Assembly (NCBI GenBank): GCA_947259575.1
Contig: CAMYMU010000037.1
Span: forward strand, 1 to 64,000
Length of the DNA: 64,000 bases
Source: an uncultured Ectothiorhodospiraceae bacterium
Lineage (GTDB): Bacteria > Pseudomonadota > Gammaproteobacteria > UBA6429 > Thiohalophilaceae
Reading direction: 5' to 3'
Under the pieces are notes generated by a model. That model worked only from the letters and a program-made list of their open reading frames with translations. It had not been told where the DNA came from and did no database searches. Positions within the stretch are counted from its first letter, which is position 1; the number at the start of each line of letters is the position of its first letter. Shown here piece by piece: positions 57,271 to 64,000 of the stretch. The position numbers and the translations under genes were made by a program.

Positions 57271-57814
57271 GACGGCGTACCATGAGCCAATAGCGAACCC
57301 CAATGCTAACCAGTAGCAGGGCCAGGCTAGGTAAGACAATCCATTTGAATTCATTGCTGAGCACCCGCCAACCACCCCACTCAAGGAAATCGCGCAGCCC
57401 AATAGGGGATACCTGGATCGGACGAAGCGGCAAGAAATACCGGGCATCATCGAAAGGTGAGAAAAACGCAATCCCCAGGCCACCGTTGGTCATGGAATCA
57501 AACAGGCCATGGGAGGCGGTCACCAGGAAGAAAAAAACGACCAGGCGGAGGCGTAGTGGACGGTATTGTTCCTGATAAAAGGCCAGTAATACCACCAGCA
57601 GGCTGGTAGCCAGGGCGAAGGTGAGAGAGTGGCTAAAGCCCCTGTGTCCCCAAAATTCGCCATATTTCACACCTAAAGAAAATCCTATCACGTCGATGTC
57701 CGGTAGCATCGAGCAGCCCAGTGCCAGGACCCAGAAACGTAGCGGCAGACTCGTATGCTTGAATACGTGAGCTAGTGAAACGGCAAATACACTATGGGCG
57801 ATAATGGTAGGCAC
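57263..57814 (-). CDS. Membrane-bound metal-dependent hydrolase, YdjM/DUF457 family, 183 aa.
   Basis: His-rich TM protein (HS..., DIDVIG, HRGFSHSL) matching the YdjM-like pattern. Confidence 0.6.
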   Translation of the reverse strand: MPTIIAHSVFAVSLAHVFKHTSLPLRFWVLALGCSMLPDIDVIGFSLGVKYGEFWGHRGFSHSLTFALATSLLVVLLAFYQEQYRPLRLRLVVFFFLVTASHGLFDSMTNGGLGIAFFSPFDDARYFLPLRPIQVSPIGLRDFLEWGGWRVLSNEFKWIVLPSLALLLVSIGVRYWLMVRRRA

Positions 57815-57928
57815 GTCATTTTCCTTAATATTGTTACGCTATCTACACATTTTTAGCAAATTCCTAAAGGCAAGGTCAAAAAAGCCGAGCTAGACTGTAA
57901 GTTTGGAGCCAAATTTAAAAGGAAATCT

Positions 57929-58789
57929 ATGTCAGCAGCAGTGCAGGCGTTGGTCGATGATATCGGTGAGCTGATTTCATTGCCAGAAGTCGTTCTTAAA
58001 ATTAATGAGATGGTCAACAGTGAGGATACCAGTGCTGCGGAGATTGCTGAGGTTATCAGCCATGACCCCGCAATTGCCACGCGTATCCTGAAAGTAGCCA
58101 ATAGCTCGATGTATGGTGGTCAGCGTCAAATAGAGTCCATTACCCGAGCCGTGACTGTACTAGGTACCAAGCAGATTCGTGATCTGGTGCTGACCACAAC
58201 GGCCGCGCGCGTGTTTGATGGAATATCGAATGAGGTCATCTCGGTCGAGGATTTCTGGCATCACAGTCTTTACTGCGCGCTACTTGCCAGTGAGCTGGCC
58301 AAGGTCTCCAAACGAGCAAATGCAGATACCATGTTTACCGCTGGTTTACTGCATGATATTGGCCACCTGGTGATGTTTAACCAGATTCCGGAAGAGTCAA
58401 CAGCGGCTATCTTATTGACCATTCAGGGTGAATCGAGTCTTGAACCCTATCAGGCAGAGCAACAAATACTCGGTTATGACCATGCCGATGTAGGCGCAAG
58501 CCTGGCGAAGCAATGGCACCTGCCAGAAATCCTGGTGAGTTGTATCGGCTTTCACCACAATATGGATGCCTGCGAGGAGCACTGCGAGGCAGTAGCGCAT
58601 ATTCACATTGCCAACGTCATTGCATCCCTGCCTTATAGCGATATTCCCGATGCCAATGATTTAGAGCGTATTTCAGCAAAAGCCTGGGCGCTGGCGCACC
58701 TTAATCCTGACGAGATTGGTGATGCGATTCGGGAAGCTCAGGCCCACATTAGCGAGACGCAGTCGCTACTGTTTGGGAATGGGGATTAG
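57929..58789 (+). CDS. HDOD-domain protein, 286 aa.
   Basis: LPEVVLKINEMVNS...IAEVISHDPAIATRILKVANSSMYG...VLGTKQIRDLV, and LHDIGHLV. Confidence 0.7.
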   Translation: MSAAVQALVDDIGELISLPEVVLKINEMVNSEDTSAAEIAEVISHDPAIATRILKVANSSMYGGQRQIESITRAVTVLGTKQIRDLVLTTTAARVFDGISNEVISVEDFWHHSLYCALLASELAKVSKRANADTMFTAGLLHDIGHLVMFNQIPEESTAAILLTIQGESSLEPYQAEQQILGYDHADVGASLAKQWHLPEILVSCIGFHHNMDACEEHCEAVAHIHIANVIASLPYSDIPDANDLERISAKAWALAHLNPDEIGDAIREAQAHISETQSLLFGNGD

Positions 58790-58799
58790 TTAACGACGA

Positions 58800-59888
58800 C
58801 TAGGCGTTACGGCGTTTTTGCACGGCCTTGGCCAAGGTCTCGAGTACTGGCAGGCTGTCTTCCCAGCTGATGCAGGCATCGGTGATGCTTTTTCCATAGA
58901 CCAGTTCTTTGTCGGGACTAACGTCCTGGCGGCCTTCCTGTAAGTGACTCTCAATCATCGCGCCGATAATGCGGTGATCACCCGCAGCGATTTGCTGTGC
59001 GATATCGTTGGCAACCTCGATCTGGCGGCGGTGTTGTTTACTGCTATTGGCATGCGAGCAATCGATCATCAAACGCGCGGGCAGGTTGGCGGCCTCTAGC
59101 TCTTCTGCAGCCTGTTGCACGGAAGCGGAATCGTAGTTTGGCTTTTTACCACCGCGTAAAATAATGTGGCAGTCATCGTTTCCAGCGGTCGAAAAAATCG
59201 CGGAGTGACCGGCCTTGGTCAGTGACAGGAAATTATGTGGTCGGCTGGCAGCCCCAATCGCATCAACCGCAATTTTCAGTGTGCCATCGGTGCCATTTTT
59301 AAAACCGACGGGGCAAGATAGGCCCGAGGCTAATTCGCGGTGTACCTGGCTTTCGGTGGTACGTGCGCCAATGGCCCCCCAACTGATCAGGTCAGCGACA
59401 TACTGTGGGGTAATCAGGTCGAGGTATTCGGTAGCGGCTGGTACACCCATGTTATTGATGTTCAGCAATAGTTCACGGGCGATGCGCAGTCCCTTGTTGA
59501 TGTGGCAGCTATCATCCAGATCAGGGTCATTGATCAAACCCTTCCAGCCAACGGTGGTGCGTGGTTTCTCAAAATAGACACGCATCACGATTAACAGGTC
59601 GTTACCAAATTGTTCGCGGGCTGCTTTTAGTTTCTCTGCATATTCCAGTGCTGCTTTAGGATCGTGGATCGAGCAGGGGCCAATCACCACCAGGAAGCGA
59701 TCATCCTCGCCATGCAGAATATGATGGATGGCGTTTCGCGTTGTGCAAATGGTCTCGCTGGCGGTATCAGTGACCGGCAATTCAGCGTGAACCTGATCAG
59801 GTGGACTGACTTCCTTGATGCCAAGGATGCGAAGATCATCTGTCTGGTATTTCATATTGATGACACTGTCTTTAGTCGAACTGGACAT
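58800..59888 (-). CDS. Class I 3-deoxy-7-phosphoheptulonate (DAHP) synthase; likely true start ATG at 59855 (MKYQTDDLRI), ~351 aa.
   Basis: Collinear with E. coli AroG (MNYQNDDLRIKEIKELLPP...KGNDDRLLVVIGPCSIHD). The paralogue (G/F/H) cannot be assigned. Confidence 0.9.
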   Translation of the reverse strand: MSSSTKDSVINMKYQTDDLRILGIKEVSPPDQVHAELPVTDTASETICTTRNAIHHILHGEDDRFLVVIGPCSIHDPKAALEYAEKLKAAREQFGNDLLIVMRVYFEKPRTTVGWKGLINDPDLDDSCHINKGLRIARELLLNINNMGVPAATEYLDLITPQYVADLISWGAIGARTTESQVHRELASGLSCPVGFKNGTDGTLKIAVDAIGAASRPHNFLSLTKAGHSAIFSTAGNDDCHIILRGGKKPNYDSASVQQAAEELEAANLPARLMIDCSHANSSKQHRRQIEVANDIAQQIAAGDHRIIGAMIESHLQEGRQDVSPDKELVYGKSITDACISWEDSLPVLETLAKAVQKRRNA

Positions 59889-60047
59889 ATCTTGTAAATT
59901 CTTTATAAAACATTAAGTTACTGGTCACATGCAGTGGCCCGATCATCTCAGATGGCCTCCCAGCTGCACAAGGCGTGCTATTCTACGTCATCAGGGTAGG
60001 TGAATTGAAGCAGAAACCTGTAAAGCTGCGAGTTATGAGCTGCCGAT

Positions 60048-60407
60048 TCAGCCTTTCATCAGATTCAGCTGCTGGATAGCAACGCGGGTGACATCGAAAA
60101 GCTCACTCAGTTGATTTGTTTGCTGCCTGACTTCATCGAGTTTTTGCTCACGGGCCAGACTTTCCAGTGTCCTGGCAAGTTCTGATATCTGGATAGCCCC
60201 GACATTGGCACTGGTTGATTTCAAACTATGTACCAGCCGGGTTGCTTCCTCTGCATTGTCATTTTGCAGGGCATCATCTAGTTGGTGAAGTAACTTTTCA
60301 CTATCATCGATATAGCAAACCAGCAATGTCTGTAATTTATCCGGGCTTATAAACATGGCCAGGTTGTCCAGCACAGTATGTTCGAGTGTTTTTCCTTCTG
60401 TACTCAT
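60048..60407 (-). CDS. Hpt (histidine phosphotransfer) domain protein, 119 aa.
   Basis: HSLKSTSANVGA (Hpt HxxKG-like motif with the phospho-accepting His). Confidence 0.7.
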   Translation of the reverse strand: MSTEGKTLEHTVLDNLAMFISPDKLQTLLVCYIDDSEKLLHQLDDALQNDNAEEATRLVHSLKSTSANVGAIQISELARTLESLAREQKLDEVRQQTNQLSELFDVTRVAIQQLNLMKG

Positions 60408-60536
60408 AAACTGAATCCCGTGTTTTGTTTTCTTTGTTCAGTGACTGACTTGAGATGAAATCCCATTTTTGAATTATCGGACAAATTCCAGAATTTTTTA
60501 TAGTTTAGATTTTTAATTTTAAGACGGACTTTAACT

Positions 60537-61796
60537 TTAGTCGTAACGTTTGATGCGTGCTTTGATCAGTTTACGTTCGATTAGCTGATTTGCGAATGAC
60601 TCAAAGTCGAGGGGTTGATCTGGTTTTGAATTTACTAATGGCTGTAACGTCAGAATGTAATCCAGGATCGGCGTGTATAGTTTCATCACACGAACTTGTT
60701 TCAATCGTTCAATGATCTGGGCGGTTGTTTGGTCACTTTCTTTATGGCTGCCCGTAATAGCAAGCCGATAAAACAAATAAACAAGTTTACGGCTGTTATC
60801 ACAGAGTTGTCCGTAACGATCTTCTTGAGGAGTAATCTTGGGCGCGATGATACGCAACAGGACTGCCAGGGTTTGTGCCTCGGATTTGAGACGTTGGTTA
60901 TTCACATCGCTTAGAGCTAGAAACACAAAGTCGACCAGTGGAATAATTTTTTCTTTGGTACGCCCCGTGTAGTTAAGCAACTGTGTTTCGTATATTTTCG
61001 GGGCTAGTAAGAAAGCAGTGGCGAGCCATAATATATAGCGGCGTGGCTCGGCCTGATTCCAGGTCGATAAGGCCGATTCACAAACCTTGAGCAGCTCATC
61101 ATGATTCGTTGTGCGCAGCGCGGTGAGTAGTAGTTTGGAAAGTATTTTTTTTCTGACACTGGTCCAACTATTAAGAACGGGTAGTAACACATCGCTAGAA
61201 AGCGAGTCGTAGTCACTGTGATCGATGAATTGATACAAACCCGGCAGGTGGTCGGTGCCATGTTCGATCATGGCCTGCCAGAACGTGGTGAAGGCCGTTA
61301 TAGTTTCCTGCTTGCGTTGTTGCATAACCAAGCTTAACCACTTGTCATGTATCTCGGTTTTGTACGCGTAATGAAAACAAATCGCAGCTATCACTGTCTG
61401 TGAAGGAAGTTCAGTAACAGCATAGCGTGGGTCATCGGCAAACAGATCAAGTGCGGCGAGTAAGATATAACCCTCTGGTCGCTCCTCAGTAAACATCGAA
61501 TCCGTGATTTCCTGCACGGAGGGGAAAACGGCCTGGTTAAGTACAGCGTCAAAACCGGTGATGATGTCTTCGGCCAGGCTCGGGTTAGCCAGTATCTTGA
61601 TGCGATGTTGCGGCGGAATTGTATTATCGATATCAAGATACATACCGAGATAAGCCTTGGCAAATCGCTCAAGCTGCTCGATATTTTGACCTGATTTTAT
61701 CTTATTAATGACCGGTAGTAGCAACTGATCATTTTCGAACCGGGTGCGCTCGTGTTCACGATAATCGAGAGGATATAAGGTTTCGATAGCGGTCAT
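60537..61796 (-). CDS. Hypothetical protein, 419 aa.
   Basis: Long clean ORF with complex composition. No motif recognised. Confidence 0.5.
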   Translation of the reverse strand: MTAIETLYPLDYREHERTRFENDQLLLPVINKIKSGQNIEQLERFAKAYLGMYLDIDNTIPPQHRIKILANPSLAEDIITGFDAVLNQAVFPSVQEITDSMFTEERPEGYILLAALDLFADDPRYAVTELPSQTVIAAICFHYAYKTEIHDKWLSLVMQQRKQETITAFTTFWQAMIEHGTDHLPGLYQFIDHSDYDSLSSDVLLPVLNSWTSVRKKILSKLLLTALRTTNHDELLKVCESALSTWNQAEPRRYILWLATAFLLAPKIYETQLLNYTGRTKEKIIPLVDFVFLALSDVNNQRLKSEAQTLAVLLRIIAPKITPQEDRYGQLCDNSRKLVYLFYRLAITGSHKESDQTTAQIIERLKQVRVMKLYTPILDYILTLQPLVNSKPDQPLDFESFANQLIERKLIKARIKRYD

Positions 61797-61875
61797 GTGC
61801 TGAGTTTAACATAGCCAAGGTGGTGAAAGAGATCAGCACCCGTCGCGGCTAAATCGATCGAGGTTCAAATATAAG

Positions 61876-61901
61876 CCCCGCACATCCTGCGGGGTTTTTT
61901 T
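61876..61901 (+). terminator. Orphan plus-strand rho-independent terminator in the 550-bp spacer.
   Basis: CCCCGCA-CATCC-TGCGGGG followed by T7. No plus-strand CDS upstream. Confidence 0.5.
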
Positions 61902-62345
61902 ATATATAAACTTTTACATCCTACAGGCTTATATTGTTTCGACGATTCGGCACCCACAATATCTAAATAGAACTTTAATGTCATAAATTCTCTGTAGAAT
62001 TAGCATTTCAAATTAGATTAAATTTGAAATAAGTGCGCCTATAAACATGCATTTTTTTAGTGCCAACTATATTGGCTAAATATTGTCACTATGTGGATTT
62101 AGACTAAGTGTAAAAACTAGACAAAAACATGATCTAGATCATTCACTTACGGTAGAATAAGCGCATTATTAGAAGCAAGTTTAGGTGTGTTAGATAATAA
62201 AAAGTTGTACAAATAACCACTGGAAGAAGCAAATGCCCGTAAGAGGCAGCGCATAGGAAGTTCAGTATTAAATTCTTCTTTTCAGTGTGAGATGGGTGTC
62301 TAGCACTACTTCAGTGAGCTATATGGAATGTGACTGGAGGGTGTC

Positions 62346-64000
62346 ATGAATACTATAATCAGAAGCTTTTCGAGCGCTGGCATCTTTTTGCTAACTCTGG
62401 TTTATACCCAGAGTGTATTTGGATTTAGTTCAGGCGTTAATGGTTACTCAACTAATCCTGCAACAAATGCCGGAAATTCTTGCGCCTTATGCCACTCTGG
62501 CGGTACGGCGCCAACTATCACCCTGACTGGTCCCGTCTCGGTTCAGCCTGGTACCGTTAATACCTATACATTGACGATTTCTGGTGGCCAGGCAAATTCT
62601 GGTGGCCTGGATGTGAGTGTTGATGCGGGCACTTTAATCAGCACATTAGCCAATACAAAACTGCAGTCGGGTGAGGTTACACATACCCAGCGTGCGTTGG
62701 CCGATCCAAATGGGGATGTTGCCTGGAGCTTCGATTGGCAGGCACCTACTACACTCGGTGATTACACTATATATAGTGCTGGGCTTTCAACCAACGCCGA
62801 TAGCAGTACGACGGGGGATGCGGTTGCTAGTCTGGCAACAACGGTAACTGTCTCAGCCGGGGCTGCTCAGCCACCGGTTGCGGTCATCATGGCCCCACAA
62901 ACTGCCCAGGTTGACACCGTCGTCGACTTTGATGGTTCAAATTCCCAGGATCCCGATAGCACGATTGTTTCTTATGAGTGGGATTTTGGAGATGGCAGCA
63001 CGGCTACCGGAGCATTAACCAACCATATCTATACGGCTGCAGGTACCTATACGGTAACCCTGACGGTTACTGATGACACCAATTTAAGCGATACCACTTT
63101 CCGCGATATCAGTGTAGGTGGTGTGATGATACCGATTGCCAACCCAGGTGGTCCTTATGTTGGCATTGAAGGACAACCCGTTGACTTTGATGGTTCCCAG
63201 TCTACACATGTTAGTCCCATCACCAATTACATCTGGGACTTTGGGGATGGATCGCCCGTTGAGGCATATGCGGTATCTACCGTCAGTCACACTTATGCTC
63301 AGCCTGGTGCCTACACTGTGACCCTGGCAGTTCAAGATGCCAATAATATTACCGGTGCTGCCAGCACGACTGTAGTGATTGACTCAATCACACCACCCCC
63401 TCCACCACCGGAGACGGACGGCCCAACGCTGTATAGCAACAACTGCATGGCCTGCCACGGAGCACTGGCCACCAGCAGTAAACTTAACCGCACAGCAGCG
63501 CAGATCCAGGGTGCTATTGATGCCAACACCGGTGGCATGGGTGGACTAAGTACTTTGTCGGCAATCCAGGTTCAGGCGATCGCTGATGCCCTGGTCAGTA
63601 CAACTCCACCACCTCCACCACCAACCGATGGCCCCACGCTATATGCTAATAACTGTATGGCTTGCCATGGACCACTGGCTACCAGCGCAAAATTGAATCG
63701 TAGTGCTAGCCAGATCCAGGCGGCGATTGATGCCAACACCGGTGGTATGGGTGGACTTAGTGGCTTAACTTCAACCGAAGTGCAGGCCATTGCAGATGCC
63801 CTGGTGACGACTACACCTCCACCACCACCTCCAACTGATGGTCCTACCTTATATGACAACAATTGCATGGCTTGTCATGGGCCACTGGCCAGCAGTACGA
63901 AACTGAATCGTACCGCTGTACAGATCCAGGCGGCGATTGATGCCAACACCGGTGGTATGGGCGGGCTCACTTTGACGATAACGGAGGTTCAGGCGATTGC
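62346..64000 (+). CDS. Secreted multidomain protein (partial; the 3' end runs off the window). Domain order: signal peptide, N-terminal region with CALCH, two PKD domains, then at least three 70-aa CxxCH heme-motif repeats joined by poly-Pro linkers.
   Basis: GGAGGG RBS. Signal peptide. Two WDFGDGS PKD cores. The repeated unit TDGPTLY-NNCMACHG-LA-S-KLNR-A-QIQ-AIDANTGGMGGL...QAIADAL looks like a class I c-type cytochrome, with CxxCH plus a downstream Met. PPPPPPP linkers. Confidence 0.75.
   Translation, partial: MNTIIRSFSSAGIFLLTLVYTQSVFGFSSGVNGYSTNPATNAGNSCALCHSGGTAPTITLTGPVSVQPGTVNTYTLTISGGQANSGGLDVSVDAGTLISTLANTKLQSGEVTHTQRALADPNGDVAWSFDWQAPTTLGDYTIYSAGLSTNADSSTTGDAVASLATTVTVSAGAAQPPVAVIMAPQTAQVDTVVDFDGSNSQDPDSTIVSYEWDFGDGSTATGALTNHIYTAAGTYTVTLTVTDDTNLSDTTFRDISVGGVMIPIANPGGPYVGIEGQPVDFDGSQSTHVSPITNYIWDFGDGSPVEAYAVSTVSHTYAQPGAYTVTLAVQDANNITGAASTTVVIDSITPPPPPPETDGPTLYSNNCMACHGALATSSKLNRTAAQIQGAIDANTGGMGGLSTLSAIQVQAIADALVSTTPPPPPPTDGPTLYANNCMACHGPLATSAKLNRSASQIQAAIDANTGGMGGLSGLTSTEVQAIADALVTTTPPPPPPTDGPTLYDNNCMACHGPLASSTKLNRTAVQIQAAIDANTGGMGGLTLTITEVQAI
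63393..64000 (+). repeat. 210-bp in-frame tandem repeat, at least 2.9 copies (starts about 63393, 63603, 63813), continuing beyond the window.
   Basis: Copies are about 80-85% identical. Each begins with the Pro-codon run CCACCnCCTCCACCACC and contains AACTGCATGGCCTGCCACGG. The minus-strand ORFs at 63332-63538 and 63572-63868 are antisense artefacts of the Pro/Gly codon runs. Confidence 0.8.

Noticed and set aside
56851-57483. 210-aa version of the VOC ORF.
   Set aside because: The first 71 codons overlap the upstream YdjM-like gene. The VOC domain begins at the GTG at 57270.
61861-61875. tRNA-like GGTTCAAAT motif.
   Set aside because: No acceptor stem or cloverleaf can be folded around it. 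It is part of the terminator flank.
63332-63868. Minus-strand ORFs 63332-63538 and 63572-63868 (Gly-rich products).
   Set aside because: They are antisense to the poly-Pro linker codons of the plus-strand repeat protein. The GGGGGG runs are mirror artefacts.
1-64000. CRISPR arrays, insertion sequences, integrases, and rRNA or tRNA genes.
   Set aside because: No direct-repeat/spacer periodicity was found. No transposase or integrase motifs (DDE, tyrosine recombinase R-H-R-Y) appear in any ORF. No rRNA-like or cloverleaf tRNA sequences were seen on inspection.

Overview
The window is a gene-dense chromosomal segment, probably from a moderate-GC marine-type gammaproteobacterium. It contains about 65 protein-coding genes on both strands, mixing housekeeping and signalling functions. 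No rRNA, tRNA, CRISPR array, transposase or integrase is visible. Families were assigned by reading the translated ORFs for diagnostic motifs only; no database search was possible.

Housekeeping genes recognised with confidence:
- argS (5' portion, minus strand at the window start, with the HIGH motif)
- priA, ttcA, metH (true start 13060)
- cysQ, yrfG-like HAD nucleotidase, dtd, proline iminopeptidase
- a class I DAHP synthase

Other content includes two SPFH systems (a flotillin, and a stomatin-like gene with NfeD), a PmrAB/QseBC-like two-component pair, a SulP anion transporter, a TauE/SafE exporter with a divergent LysR regulator, a CDGSH Fe-S protein, a Hanks Ser/Thr kinase, a Sel1-repeat protein, a bactofilin, a MarR regulon with two copies of a 16-bp palindromic operator, a hybrid histidine kinase, a patatin-like phospholipase, and an Hpt protein.

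Four HDOD-domain proteins occur in 40 kb.

The most unusual locus is a tightly packed operon at 49424-55036. It encodes an HDOD-PP2C (RsbU-like) phosphatase, an RsbW-like GHKL kinase and an RsbV-like STAS antagonist with its phosphorylatable serine motif. These run straight into MlaE, MlaF, an MCE protein and an auxiliary lipoprotein, with no sigma factor and no separate mlaB. This looks like a partner-switching module whose STAS protein may double as MlaB and whose output is a lipid ABC transporter.

Other notable items:
- a partial secreted protein at the window end with two PKD domains and at least three 70-aa tandem repeats, each carrying a CxxCH heme motif and separated by poly-proline linkers
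- a MORN-repeat lipoprotein fused to a C13 (legumain-like) cysteine peptidase domain
- a DARS-like triplet of DnaA boxes upstream of priA
- a long structured non-coding region upstream of argS
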